Assembly: GCF_006345805.1 (NCBI RefSeq)
Contig: NC_043005.1
Coordinates: 8,370,001 to 8,434,000, forward strand
Direction of reading: 5' to 3'
Origin: Octopus sinensis
Lineage: Eukaryota
DNA: 64,000 bases
Shown piece by piece: positions 11,079 to 25,212 of the stretch; the stretch's first letter is position 1; each line of letters starts with the position of its first letter. Under the pieces are notes generated by a model, which worked only from the letters and a program-made list of their open reading frames with translations, searched no databases and was not told where the DNA came from. The translations under genes were made by a program, and so were the position numbers.

Positions 11079-11220
11079 AATTCCGCCGTGCTCGACTTCG
11101 CCTTTCATCCTTTCAGAGTCGATAAATTAAGCGCCAGTTGCGTACTGGTTTCGATCTAATCAACTGAGACCCACCCCACAAATTTCAGGCCTTGTGCCTA
11201 TAGTTTAAAAAGGATTATTA
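11079..11220 (+). mobile_element. SINE family C, 5'-truncated, tail type U
   Basis: Core cgacttcgcctttcatcctttcagagtcgataaattaag, followed by the ggccttgtgcctatag tail. Confidence 0.75.
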
Positions 11221-12003
11221 TAGACGTAATGACTCTACCAAGACAAAACAGAATTTGTTTCAACGCAAGAATTCATATATTCTTGCAAAGCAGATACCAA
11301 GTCGAAATATTGCCATATACGTATATCATATATATTTTATATTTGTAATTTATAGAAACTTACTTATTCAAATTATGTGTGGAATGTGTGCGTACAAATA
11401 CACACATACACACACAAACATACATATATACTTACATATATGTACACACACATACATCTTTAATGCAGATATTCAAAGCCTGAGTCATTGTCTTCCCCGT
11501 ATTTCTATGCATGCTGATTATATCCTAATGTAGTTAACTGAACTCAGTATGAGTCGTTGATGAAATGTGACAAAATCGAAATATTCCCCATTATTTTCTA
11601 TATTCTGCTCTAAAATCACTATCCTTTTAAACAGCATTGCCTTGAGTTTAAAATTAACATTGGATTGGTTTGGAAATATCTACCTTGCATGCTGTTTTTA
11701 GATTTTCCAGTTTTCCAGAGATAATTTTGCCTTTTAATTGCAAAAATAACCTCGGTTGCTCGTCACTTTCTAAAAGTTTATATTTCGAAGGCAAGACGTC
11801 ACACACACGCGCGCACACGCGCGCACACACACACACACGCACACACACACACACACACACACCACACACACACACACAAAAGACTTTTCCATTTTCCCGA
11901 GCGTCAGGCTAATATACCTGTCATCGTATATACGTATATAAATACATACGTACATACATACATATATATACGAGTGTGTGTGTGTGTGTGTGTGTGTACG
12001 TAT

Positions 12004-12216
12004 ATTATAATTAAGGGGATCTAAGAGATAGCACCATGATAGAAATAGCAGTCAAAACATGAATCTAAAACCACCTCATATATTCATACAGTACAAAGTG
12101 AAAACACAAATGGATAAAGAAACTAGCAAAAACAAAAAAAAGAAAAAGAATTTAGAGTCAAATTTTGACTACTATCTCTAGCATCGTGGTATCTCTTAGA
12201 TACCCTTAATTATAAT
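12004..12216. repeat. Imperfect 54-bp inverted repeat (12004-12057 / 12163-12216)
   Basis: attataattaaggggatctaagagatagc... pairs with ...gtatctcttagatacccttaattataat with about 6 mismatches. Confidence 0.75.
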
Positions 12217-12308
12217 TTTGATAATAATTAATACCTATAAGGTTTTTATTCTCATGCTGGCCACTTGATATGATCGGTATTTTAGATAACGGCCTTATTC
12301 TTATTTAC

Positions 12309-12340
<32 letters not shown>

Positions 12341-12369
12341 CGTACATACACACACATAGATATATATAT

Positions 12370-13005
12370 TTGTGTGTGTGTGTGTTTGTGTATGGGTCAG
12401 TGTGTGTATGTTTGTCCCCAATATCGCCTGACAACCGATGCTGGTATGTTTACGTTCCCGTAACAATGCGATTCTGAAAACAAAAACCGATAGAATAAGT
12501 ACTAGGCTTACAAAGAATAAGCCCTGGGATCGATTTGCTCTCGACTAAAGGCAGTGTTGCAGTATAGCCACAGTCAAATGACTGATACAAGTAAAAGAGG
12601 AGGCGCAATAGCCCAGTGGTTAGGGCAGTGGACTCGCGGTCGTAGGATCGCGGTTTCGATTCCCAGACCTGGCGTAGTGAGTGTTTATTGAGCGAAAACA
12701 TCTAAAGCTCCACGAGGCTCCGGCAGGGGATGGTGGTGATCCCTGCTGTACTCTTTCACCACAACTGTCTCTCACTCTTACTTCCTGTTTCTGTTGTACC
12801 TGTATTTCAAAGGGCCGGCCTTGTCACTCTCTGTGTCACGCTGAATATCCCCGAGAACTACATTAAGGGTACACATGTCTGTGGAGTGCTCAGCCACTTA
12901 CACGTTAATTTCACGAGCAGGCTGTTCCGTTGATTCGGATCAACCGGAACCCTCGTCGTCGTAACCGACGGAGTGCTTCCATACAAGTAAAAGAATAAAA
13001 GAATA
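12370..13005 (+). mobile_element. SINE family B 3' half, interrupted near its tail by a family A SINE
   Basis: B sequence runs to 12598 and the B tail resumes at 12981. Confidence 0.8.
12599..12980 (+). mobile_element. Young SINE family A, tail type A1, 14-bp TSD
   Basis: tRNA-like head with A box (TAGCCCAGTGG) and B box (GGTTTCGATTCC). TSD ATACAAGTAAAAGA at 12585-12598 and 12981-12994. Nearly identical to 52530-52921. Confidence 0.92.
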
Positions 13006-13257
13006 AAAGAATAAATGAATGTACTCTTCTGAGATGATTTTTATGCTGGTGAATGAGATGTAATTGGTTCTGAGATTGTATTGGGAGGATAATACTTAAT
13101 GGCTTCAGGAACTGCTTTACCTATTAAGACTAACGAGATTTCCTTTATTTTAGACTTGATGTTAAGGTACATGTCGGTAAACGATGTGTTAACGTCTTAA
13201 TTTTGCCAAAAGCTTTCAATAGATGTGAAGAGGTTCAATTCGCCTCAAATATATTTA

Positions 13258-13670
13258 TATCTTTACTAACCACAAGGTGCTAAACACGGAGAGGACAAAC
13301 AAGGACAGACAAACGGATTAAGTTCATTGTATCTACCCCAGTGCGTAACTGGTACTTATCTAATCGACCCCGAAAGGATGAAAGGCAAAGTCGACCTTGG
13401 TGAAATTTGAACTCAGAACGTGGCTGCAGACGAAATACCTATTTCTTTATTACCCACAAGGGGCTAAACACAGAGGGGACAAACAAGGACAGTCATAGGT
13501 TTTAAGTCGATTACATCGTCCCCAGTGCGTAACTGGTACTTAAATTATCGACCCCGAAAGGATGAAAGGGAAAGTCAACTCGGCGGAATTTGAACTCAGA
13601 ATGTAACGGCTGAAGAAATACGGCTACGCATTCCGCCCGGCATGCTAACGTTTCTGCCAGCTCGCCGCCT
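13258..13670 (-). mobile_element. Two tandem SINE family C copies (13258-13440 truncated, 13441-13670 full), tail type T
   Basis: Head aggcggcgagctggcagaaacgttagc. Core gcctttcatcctttcggggtcgataa resembles the Meta domain (from recall). Tail ends tagccccttgtgggtaataaagaaat. Confidence 0.88.
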
Positions 13671-13734
13671 TATGCGCTTCAGATATACCACCGCCCAAAA
13701 CAGACAGAATTGTACCACGCCAACTGTACGATAG

Positions 13735-13885
13735 GCAATCACCATCATCACCACGATCAAAGCGACGACGAGTATGACAACCATGGCCAACGTCACGACG
13801 ACGAGTACGACCACCGCCACTGCTACGACGACGACTAACACCACTCCAACAACATGACGACGACCACCACCAACACCACCACCGC
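13735..13885. repeat. (ACG)n/(ACC)n trinucleotide tract
   Basis: Directly visible. Confidence 0.85.
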
Positions 13886-14799
13886 CACAGTTATAAGTAG
13901 CCTCATTATTCTTGTGTCTTCACTCCGGTCTAATGTAGAAACTGCGATATCTTAAACCCAACTTTTGAGCACGATATAATAACTTTAATGTATGGAAGAA
14001 AATATACGAGGGGTTTATAATTTCTTCTGATTTTTATTTTTTTGAAATTAGCTCAAAGGTTATTTAGAATAAAGCCAAGCAAACGTGTTCTGTGTTTGAT
14101 TGCTAATAATTTCTGAAGTTACGTTGACATGAATTAGCTTCATTTTTCGGCATTTAGGAAATTTTGAGAAGTTTATATCGCATGAAGATAATGTTACGGA
14201 GATGTACTCGCATAGCAAGTGATTTGATCCGAGATCGTGTGCTGGAACGAAAACAATTGCAGCGTGGAAGGTGTTTGTAAGCCATTTAAGAAACACACAA
14301 AAGCCGTTCGATTCACTTCAACATTTAAGTTTAATTTGTCAAAATATTTTCGTCGCTAAAATCCGCGACCTGTTCACTGACAAAAATCCGTTGTTTTCCA
14401 ATTGTCTAATTGATATTGACGTAGACCAAACCTTGGGTGGTTTTAATATTTGAAACTATATACGTTTTAGGTTTAATGAAAATACGCTTTTAAATTGCAT
14501 ATTGAAATGCATCCCAAGTTTTTGAGAAATGGAATCGTCCAACGACTTTCGATGCTGCTGCAACCAGCTTAACAGAAGATATATCTAATAACGTTTCATA
14601 TTATAGAATTTCAAATTCTCAAGTTTCAAAAGCATATTGATATACATTTAATTTATTTCACACAAGTTCTGCATTTTTTCCAAATATTTATTACTAATAC
14701 TCTTGATCTTAAACCTTCTTAAATATATTAGATTTATTTTTTTGGCATGTGTGGGCATATATATACACTCGTACAGACAATCTTGAACAAAACCATGCC

Positions 14800-14888
<89 letters not shown>

Positions 14889-15742
14889 ATCTATCTATCT
14901 ATCTATTTGCCTGTCTGTCTGTCTGTATATATATATACATATATATACATACACACATATATACACACACACATGTATATATATATGAATATGTATGTGC
15001 ATGTATTCCTGTACACGCTCACACATACATATGCACACACATTTAAAATGCCATATTTTAAATGAATCTAATCTGGGATTTAGCATTTTACAAATGAATT
15101 TCACATCTAATATCTAACGTATAACTTATCTAATCGTTCTTCTGAGCAATATATTTAACGGTATCATCCTGTTTATTAAAATGCAGTATCAATCTTTCCA
15201 TGGTTCGAGAAATTCAATTAAATGCCGATAAATATAATAGCAGTCTTTTCTTCCTTAAGCTTCAGGAGGCCATCAGAATCTCTTTGGAAGATATCAGAGA
15301 TACGTATATCAGAGATGCTCATAGGCCTAGACGTTTGCCTATGAGCATAAAGACAAGTATATATGTATTCATATATACATACTCGATCGACTAAAGGCGG
15401 TGTTCCAGCATGGCCACAGTCAAATGACTGAAACAAGTAAAAGAAAGTAAAGAGTATATACACTCCTTATCTTTTTCTCTTGTATTTTCTCTTGTATACA
15501 TATATACATGCATTCATATATACATACACATACAGACAAGTTTATATGTATTCATATATACATACATGTTTGCACAAATAATATTGCTTCTAACAGATAT
15601 GCTTGCTTCACCTTTTAACTCATTAATTACGATTCTATTATAAATGTTTATTTTGATGCCTCAGTCATGAGCCAAAAGTCTGTTTCTCCTTGATGCCCGA
15701 AGATTCTACACTAAAATATTTGAAGCGAAGCTATGAGATTAT

Positions 15743-16045
15743 TATTTTTATTCATGCGCCCTTTTCAAGCCTAGCCAGGCTCATGAGCCCGGTTGCCCGA
15801 GTTCTGTGGCATCTGTGTTCCCCCCAGCTGGACGGGACGCCGGTCCATCGCAGCGTTACTCAAGAAACAGGAAGAGTGAGAGAAAGTTGGGGCGAAAGAG
15901 TACAACATAGGTCGGCATCCTACCCTGCCGGAGCTTTTAGGTGTTTTCACTCAATAAACACACACTGTGCCCGGTCTGGGAATCGAAACTGCGATCCCCC
16001 GACCTCGAGTCCGCTGCCCTAAAAACTGAGCCATTGCGCCTCCAC
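15743..16045 (-). mobile_element. SINE family A head with a third tail type (A3)
   Basis: Head matches family A. The tail (ggacgggacgccggtccatcgcag...) is shared with 20121-20356. TSD (C)TATGAGATTAT at 15731-15742 and 16045-16056. Confidence 0.82.
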
Positions 16046-16316
16046 TATGAGATTATGGCAATTTCTAATTTAGGCACAAGGCTAGCAGTTTGAGAAGAAG
16101 CGGCGAGTCAATTACATCGATCTCAGTATATGACAAGTACTGGATTTTACCGATATCGGAGAGATAAATGGCCAAGTTGACTACTGTTGATTCTGATTTC
16201 AAGACGTAATAAAAAGCTACATATTATCATAAGATGTATTGTCCGACTTCCCCCACTGATCCTGTCAATCCACCGCCCAAAGCATTGTTATTAATATGGC
16301 TATAGTTTATTTTTTC

Positions 16317-16522
16317 GTTCTTTTAGTTGTTTCAGTCATGTGACTGTGGCCATGCTGGAGCACCGCCTTTAGTCGAACAAATCGTCCCCAAGTCTTATTC
16401 TTTGTAAGCCTAGTATTTATGCTATCTGTGTCTTTTGCCGAACAGCTAAGTTACGGGGACGTAAACACACCAGCATCGGTTGTCAAGCGATGTTGAGGGG
16501 ACAAACACAGACACACAAACAT

Positions 16523-16559
<37 letters not shown>

Positions 16560-16732
16560 TATATATATATAAACGACAGGCTTCTTTCAGTTTCCGTCTG
16601 CCAAATCCACTCACCAGGCTTCGGTCGGCCCGAGGCTATAATATAAGACACTTACCAAAGTGCCACGCAGTGGGACTGAACCCGGAACCATGTGGTTCGT
16701 CAGCAAGCTACTTACCACACAGCTACTCCTAC
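16317..16732 (-). mobile_element. SINE family B
   Basis: Full-length homology to other B copies. Confidence 0.88.
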
Positions 16733-17849
16733 GAGAAATGAACCATTGTTTTTTTCTTTCTTTTTCTTCTTCTTCTTCTTCTTCTTCTTCTTCTTCTTCT
16801 TCTTCATCTTGTTGTTGATGTCTCCGGTGTTGAAGTCAGCCCATCGGGCTTTGTCTTCATATAACAGAACATAGCAAGTCGGAAATGGAAATGGTCGGAG
16901 TTAACTAAAGAAGTACAAAGTGCTGAAAGAAATATAGATTAATCTGGAGAAGCCAGTGGGCCTGCATCTCAGACCCTGCTGTAGCAGTTCTATGCTGCCC
17001 GAGAACGTCGTGGGGTGCTGAACGGAAGGATTTATTAAATCGCTCCTTTATTGTTGTTGTTATTATTATTATCGTCTTTGTTCTTGTTGCTGTTCAATGT
17101 AACTAACTAACTAACTAACTAACTAACACAGTAATCTTCCTTGGGGGATGTAACAAATTATAGATTGTTCAAACCTAGTGGACTACGTGTGCACAATCTT
17201 CCTTCCGATTTTGTGTTCTTTGCAGAGGTATCGTGCGATTCCGTGCAACGGTGTAAATGCTTTGATATTTTAGTGAAATATTTTTACTTTTATGGATCAC
17301 AAAGCAACATGAAAGACTGGCATCTGTGCTTTATCAGTTTGCTACAAATAAAAACCTGAAAAATATATATAGCTTTACAATGAAAAGCCTGATTCATATT
17401 TATATTTGGAAGCTAAAAACTGAGGTAGAATAGGTAAATAAAACGTAATTCATTTGTAAAACGTTTAAAAGTCTTTTAGAAATCGGTATAGAATGAATAT
17501 TTGATGCTGGAAAAATATTTTTCATATTACATGGCAGCTGTATTATCAATAGAAATTAGTGTTACTCATCAAATTCCTGCAAATTTTGTAAGTTCTTTTA
17601 CTAAAATTGAAAATGTCTAACACTTTGCTACAACTGAATTTTCTGAATGCAATATTGTCACAGATGTTCAATATAATAATAGGGTGATTCTTTATTACAA
17701 TTTACATATATATATCACATCTGCAGCACTTAGGAACCTACCAAATATTCCACTTATGATTCACAATCATAACAATTTTTTTATATTCATTTCTTTATCA
17801 ACTCGAGTAATTTCCTATTTCAGCTATTTTTACTTTAAAAATAGCGTAT

Positions 17850-17994
17850 CCTTTGCTCAACTAAATATTCCAAATATTTCCAAATATAATTAGAGAAATC
17901 TCAAACCTTGAAATCGAATTGAGAAAATATTAAATTCCACCTTTCTGTTCGGTATATTGATGATGTCGGTGTTAACTTTGGAAGAGAGCTTGGT

Positions 17995-18036
<42 letters not shown>

Positions 18037-18330
18037 GGAAAGAGAGAGAGAGAGAGAGAAAATGTGGAGGAGGTAATTATTGGTATTGTTGAGGTTTTTT
18101 TTTAAAGATAATGTTTATGAAAAGGAATTTTGGAATGTTTTGAGTGATATCGATGAAAAAGTAAATGGTACTATTTATGTTAGGCTACAGTGTTAGCTTT
18201 CACAACGATCGATAGATTCAAATTATATTATGAATTTCAGAAATATATTTGCTAAAAAATTAAGGAATATATACATAAATGCGTTACATGGTGTATTTTT
18301 AATTTAACAAACATAATTGTTCAGAAAAGG
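17850..18330 (+). pseudogene. Highly decayed Penelope-like reverse transcriptase remnant
   Basis: IEKILNSTFLF-RYIDD (17950-17964, one frameshift), then EFWNVLSDIDEK after a (GA)n insertion, and later NALHGVF. Resembles the PLE RT catalytic region (by eye). Confidence 0.4.
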
Positions 18331-19000
18331 ACGCTTGGTATGAGTAAGTGTCATCGTTAGAATTTATAATTTTACTGTATTTGCTTCTTTTACACGCTTC
18401 AAAACATTTTCAAATTTAAAATTCGTATTTTGGAAAGCCTCTTCACCCTTCATTACAGCTAATCTAACAATGGCACTAAACAACGGAAAAACTATATTTA
18501 ATATATTAAATGTAAAATGAAACTGACTAAATAAGAAGGCTATAGTTTCAATTACGCTTTCCATTTATTATATAAATATTTATTCCAAAACAGTAACAGT
18601 TGATCTTCTTTTAAGATTATACATAATTCATGTCTGGTGAGGTCAAGACAATCGGTTATGGGATTGAAATCAGTTTGCTATGCGCAAATATGATCAAGTG
18701 ATTGACATATCAGCCAAGCGGTGATCATTTTCTTAACTTTTTACCATCACTATGCTACATTTTTGTAAGGGTATTTAACATTAAAAAACCACGTTGATTT
18801 ATGTATACGCATGTAAGCAAGTAGCAGAGGGATATAATTTATCGATGTAAATTCTGTCCAAAAGAAAATTTATCTCCAAATTATCTCACAATTTGGAAGT
18901 AGATGACCAAACCTGATTCACTCACACATGTATGTATGCATGTATGTATATGTGTGTATATATATGTATGTGTGTGTGTATATGTATGTATGTATGTATG

Positions 19001-19305
19001 TCACTTGACCCATGGCCGACCAGTCCATCAGATGTATTTACACATCGCTGGTCACAATGCGTTCGCATTGTTTTAGCCTTCGAATGACGCCACCCCGCTC
19101 GCTAAGCGAGCAGGCCAACAGAAGAAAGAGTGGGAGAAAGAATGGTGAAAGTGTACAGCAAGGATCACCACCCCCTACCGGAGCGTCGTGGAGCTTTTAG
19201 GTGTTTTCGCTCAATAAACACTCACAACGCCCGGTCTGGGAATCGAAACCACGATCCTACGACCGCGAGTCCGCTGCCCTAACCACTGGGCCATTGCGCC
19301 TCCAC
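19001..19305 (-). mobile_element. SINE family A, tail A2
   Basis: Reverse complement of the 43307-43610 type, embedded in (ATGT)n. Confidence 0.88.
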
Positions 19306-19819
19306 ATGTATGTATGTATGTATGTATATAAAGAAAAGAAAACATTGGGTAGCAACTCACGCGTATTCAGCATCGAATAAATGTTATTCTAATCTACCTA
19401 ACAAGAATGAATAAATTTGTCAACTTTTCGGGCCTAAAAGCTAATGAATATGTAAGGTAAATTAAGAGGAACAATAACTATCAAATATGCATATATCAAG
19501 AATATATTCAATTAATAATACGAATGTTACTTCCAGATTAGATGTACATATCTTTACGCTTTTATCCAGCCGATGTGGAAAGTATGTATAGTAGTCATAA
19601 GTGACGAACATAAACTGATGAATGAAGTAGGAGTGCTTATAGACAACCAGAAATTCCGCTCATAACGAGGTAGCAAAACACATCCAGTGTGATTACCTAA
19701 GGAAGAAGAAAACTTATACATCATACGAACTAACTATATCAGCTAACTGGAGACGAAGTAATAACGCGCATTATATATACACACATACATACATACTCAC
19801 ACACACAAACACTCACACA

Positions 19820-19832
19820 TACACACGTATGC

Positions 19833-19863
<31 letters not shown>

Positions 19864-20105
19864 TGTATGTATGTATGTATGTATGTATGTGTGTATGTAT
19901 GTATGTTTGTTTGTATGTATGTAGTGTGTATGTATGTATGTATGTATGTATGTGTGTATGTATGTATGTATGTATGTATGTATGTATGTATGTATGTGTA
20001 TATGTATGTATGTATATATGTATGTGTGTATGTGTGTATTTATGTATGTATTTATGTATGTATGTGTGTATGTGTGTATGTGTGTATGTATGTATGTATG
20101 TATGT
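19820..20105. repeat. (ATGT)n microsatellite
   Basis: Directly visible. Source of the MYVC ORFs. Confidence 0.95.
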
Positions 20106-20120
20106 ATTGTTTGTTCCTTC

Positions 20121-20356
20121 TCGAGACATACCTGGCTCATAAGGGCCGGTTTCCCGGTTTCCTTGGCGTATAGGTTCTCCAGATGGACGAGATGCCAGTT
20201 CGTTACAGGATTACTCATTTTTGCCAGCTGAGTGGACTGGAGCAACGTGAAATGAAGTGTTTTGCTCAAGAACACATGTCGCCCGGTCCAGGAATCGAAA
20301 TCACAACCTTACGATCATGAGTTCAACACCCTAACGTCTAAGCCACGCGCCTTCAC
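20121..20356 (-). mobile_element. tRNA-derived SINE with a different head and the A3-type tail
   Basis: Head gtgaaggcgcgtggcttag...tttcgattcctggaccgggcg, then tgttcttgagcaaaacactt. Tail is homologous to 15752-15860. A decayed relative lies at ~22030-22160. Confidence 0.75.
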
Positions 20357-20661
20357 GTATACATATGGAATACTGCACGATTACTGGGCATAAAATATAA
20401 GAACACGTAAGCATTTCCTTCAAATAACATAGAATTCGACACGTTCCGGATTTAGCCCAAAAAGTCACTAAACACACAGACATATACATACACATGCACA
20501 CATACAGACACACAGATACACACACTTAAACACACACACACATATATATAAGATTATATACATATCTGTTTTTATTTGTCAGCCTGTCACACTGTCTCCC
20601 TCTGTAATTATATATATATATATATGTATATATATACATATATATATACATACATATATAT

Positions 20662-20706
<45 letters not shown>

Positions 20707-21495
20707 TATATATATATACATATATATATGTCTATGTATACACGCACACACACACACGTAAACAGGCACACACTCTCTCTTTCTCACACACACACACATA
20801 TGATCTCACTCGCACACAGACGAATACTTTCGTATATGTGCACCTATATATTCTGCACATTTGACAGTGTATTAAGAAACAAGCAGGTATTTTTGTGAGT
20901 GTGTCTCTAAGTATGTTTGCGTGTTTGGTTCGGATTGTGCAGGTAGGCGTGAAGAAGAAAGAAGAAAGAAGAAAGATCAATTGAGTTTTGATTTAAACCT
21001 AGGGAAATCAATTGATTCAGCTGTCTATTATAATAGATGTGATGCTTTAGAGAATCAATTGATATGTGTTGCTGTATTAATAGCTTATATATTCAAATTT
21101 CAAACGATTGAAGCATCATTTATTGAGGAAGTGAAGATATTGATAACATTAAAACTAGCACATCACGTCATCAGAAAAATATCAACATTTCTGAAATATG
21201 TTTACTTCACACACTACTGATGTCAGAAAAATATATTTATTTGCTGGTGCAAAAATAACCTTGAATATAACCCTTTCTCTGTCTCTAACTTTGTATCTCC
21301 CAACACTCTCTGGCCCTGTATATAAATACATACATACATATATACATAAATAATACATATATAAATAGGTACATAATGCGCACATGCATACACACATACA
21401 TAAGTACAAATATACATACATACACACACAAACAGAAAAGCACATATATAATATATATGTATGTATACATATATACACATATAATACATATATAC

Positions 21496-21580
<85 letters not shown>

Positions 21581-21583
21581 TAT

Positions 21584-21620
<37 letters not shown>

Positions 21621-21907
21621 TACACACACATATATATATATATATATATGCATACATGCATATTTCTATACATACGTAGCTATATATGTATGTTTATACA
21701 CATTGTTTTCTCTCTCCGTTTTTGCCTCTCTAACTATTCTGTCGAAGGGCGTAGGCTCAAAACATCAAAATCTTTCCCATTCCTCCCGAGCGTTAAATCA
21801 AGACGTTTGCTTGCTGTTCCTTCATCTGTCCCCGTCTTTTGCCTTCTGTTTAATGTGAAATACACGCATACACACACACATACGCACACACATATAACGC
21901 ATATCAC

Positions 21908-21959
<52 letters not shown>

Positions 21960-24900
21960 CGTGGGCGACAATACTGACAGATGTTCTCCCTGATCGGAAG
22001 GCGGATCGCTCGCAAACCTCCCTTTTTATAGCTGAGTTGAGTAGAGCAACTTGAAATGAAGTGTCTTGCTCAAGAATCCAATGCACAGCTGGTCTAGGTA
22101 TTGTGACAAGGACTTATGATCCTGAATACTATATTCTAAGTCCTAAGCAACGTTCCTTCACACACACATGCACACACACACTCGCATGTACGCACACACA
22201 TGCATACACATATACATAAAGCGACGCACACATACACACACACACACATAAAGCGACACACACACACACATGTACACATATATACTAGTAACTGTAAATG
22301 TGATCTTTCGTTATAGGAAATTCATTATGTAATGTATTATATAATTAAATGAAAATTAGAATTATCAAATTTTAGAAATAATCAAACATTAAAATGTTTC
22401 CATAAATACAAAAGAATCCTTTAATTACAACAGCTTTTCTGATAATCCAATAAGCATAAGTTTTGTAAATTATTTTGATATACATTAATAGCGAGATAAC
22501 TAAATGTCGTGCCGTAAATTTTTCCTTCTTTTGTATATGTCTATTCTTAGAATATTATATTTCTTTGTAACGTTCATTTATTAGATATATTATCTGAGTT
22601 TACTTTCGATTTTGCCCGTTTTGGTTTACCTTGATAACATTGTATAAGCATAATTGTTTTGGATATATTGATTTGGCTGGTATTTTTCTCTTTTTTTCTA
22701 TAGAAACGATAGGCAGTAATATTTGGTGTAGTCATCAAATAAAGATATGATTTTCTCTATTCTTGTTCATGCCATTATATATATATATATATATACATGA
22801 AAAAACTCATTCTCATAAATCGGCGCCTACGCGTATGTGCGCGCGACGCACTCCGTCCACTTCACAATTCTGAATTCTTGAATATTTAAGAAGATAAGTA
22901 AAACCAGAAACCCTAACCTGTGAAAACACGAAATTCATGTCGTAGAGGTACAGCATTTACTTTATGATAATTTTGAAAAGTGATTTCCAAATTATTCCAA
23001 AACTGTTTCTGCGAATGTAATGGGATAACGAATTATAGGGAATTTATAAAAGTAAGGATAATGTGAAATAAGTGGTTATTTAAGATAGTGGTCCGATGAA
23101 AAGGTTGGAGTTGAGATATATAAAGTAACAAATACTAGTCTTAGTTATTATAAACTGTAAAGTGTTGGAAAGTTTCAAAAGTCATATTCTTGTGCATTTT
23201 AACATTTAGAACATAATATAATGCAACTTTTAGCAGTATAAAATGAATTCTTTTCTTGTTTGCCCAGAAAATGTGGTTATTTATATTTTGAAAATTTAGC
23301 TTCACGTTTTCTAATCTGTTGGAAAGTTTGCAACAACCCAAATATTGTAATTCATAAATTTACAGTATCTTTAGCTGATCAACAGATTCTAAAAAACTTT
23401 CGTCCGTGGCCGTTGCATTTAGACGCTTATGTTACAGAGTCATCATATTTAGAGAGATTATTATAAGAGAGATAATGTAGCACATGCATGCAAGTAATAA
23501 GTATAACGAAAAGTTTTTTTTACTTATGATATTCTTTTAAATGCTCAAACACATTGTTTTATAAGTACTGTTCATATGGAGGAAGGTTCCATGTTTCCTG
23601 CGCAATTTACACATAATTTCTAATAATTACGCTTGGCAAGACGGAGAGTCATATTACGAATTCTATTATTTTTCACTGAACCGTGCATTTTACATCGAAA
23701 CTAGAATAATTTAGCGCTGTTTTTCTTCAAACCGACGATACTAATACTCAAAAATGCCTCCTTCTATCAGACTGAAACAGTGCGTTCCACGGTCCAGTCT
23801 GAATCGTCGCCACACTCTCAATCTCTATCTCTAGGATGTTTGGAAATATGCTACAATGTGTTCCAACCGCAGCAATATAAACGTACGAAATTCACATATA
23901 TTATCTGTAAGAGATGCAAAACAATTGATAAACAATTTTCCATACTCCATCCCTTTTTCTTTTTCAACGAACACTGAACTAACATGACTTTAGAAGACAA
24001 AATAGCTAATGCAGACTTTTCTCCAGTGCCATTTGCAAGTTGCCATTTTTGCATAACTGTTGTAAGTGCCATGCCTTGCACTTGATCTCGGTATTTGACT
24101 TCAGTTGGTACGGACACTGCACATCGATGAGCTCCAAATATAGTGTTTTGTGACGAATATTTCCAGTTAGTTTACGCCTTTGTAGCTTGTACAATGAGGG
24201 CACTCCTAATTGACCGCCATGAGCCAAGTGTAATCAAAGGCTCGGTTACCTCATGCATAATATTCTATCTGTACATTAGCATATACTTCTAGTGCCGCAT
24301 CTATCAACACTCAAAACGAATGCTGATTTTACCACTTCGTCATTACTTTCATCCTCCCTCAGTCAGGTGTTATCAATATGCAGCTAAGACATGAGCTTCG
24401 TCAGTTTCTCATAGCTTTAAAAATTGAAAACGAACATATGTTCATAGTGATTTAGTCTTTGATTTTTTTCTTAACTATTAACAGGCCTAATCAATGTAGG
24501 CGCATTGTCTTATGTATCGCTTCTTAAAACGGTTTTGCTATTTCTTCATATTATGATTGTTAGTGTGGAATGAGTTCATAGCAAAACTGAATAAGACATG
24601 CGAAGTTGTCAATTCAGTGTCAAATCGTTTGCAGGATGTCAATGTATGTGACGTAGGTTGTGTTACTTTAGATGGTTATGTTACATTGCTCCTTGTTTAG
24701 TCGAAACCTACATACTGAGTGGAGGGGAAATGGCTTTAAAGTAGTATCTGTTCGCGAACCAGCAATATTGTACCCATGAAAATATCGATGGCGTTACTTG
24801 TCTGAATTCTATTGAATAATAGGATTTAATATAACGAAAGTAATTGCTTGGGAGTTTTAGGTAATTACTTTAAAGGGATTCACATTAATTATTAATGTAA

Positions 24901-25212
24901 TTTCACATTAATATTCTGTATTAATGAGTTCTTTAAATAGGAACTCATTAATACATACAGGCCAATATTGTATGACATAAATCAGCATCTAAATAATTAA
25001 TCTTAAAGCCGCTCAGTTGTGAAAATAGACACATTTTCGTTACAAATTCACAGAGGATGTAAAATGAAACTATACATTTCGTTCATATCTTAGATTATTA
25101 ACCATCATTGAAGCGAATTTATTTCAGTTTTGGCTGCAAATTAGAGCAGAGGAAATACAAGTATAAGAAATACCTTTCCCTTGTTTGGGTTTGAAGGAAA
25201 TCTACCAGTAAT

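Noticed and set aside
12599-12675. tRNA-like sequences at the heads of SINE families A, B and C
   Set aside because: They have A and B boxes but run straight into SINE bodies and lack a proper acceptor stem, so they are not called tRNA genes.
12450-12933. Near-identical ORFs at 12.4-12.9 kb and 52.4-52.9 kb
   Set aside because: Incidental frames within two copies of the same SINE.
14005-14420. TACGAGGGG start and WKVF..LRNT motif suggesting a mariner remnant
   Set aside because: No matching second TIR and no recognisable catalytic motif.
18364-18564. 66-aa minus-strand ORF with a hydrophobic stretch
   Set aside because: A stop lies directly upstream of the ATG, the DNA is very AT-rich and no homolog is recognised.
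20921-21220. 99-aa ORF in unique sequence
   Set aside because: It starts in a (GAAGAAA)n tract, has no recognisable domain and no convincing splice sites.
23851-24172. Protein-like minus-strand frame TNWKYSSQNTIFGAHRCAVSVPTEVKYRDQVQGMALTT...
   Set aside because: No usable acceptor after the upstream stop and no family recognised; chance ORF not excluded.
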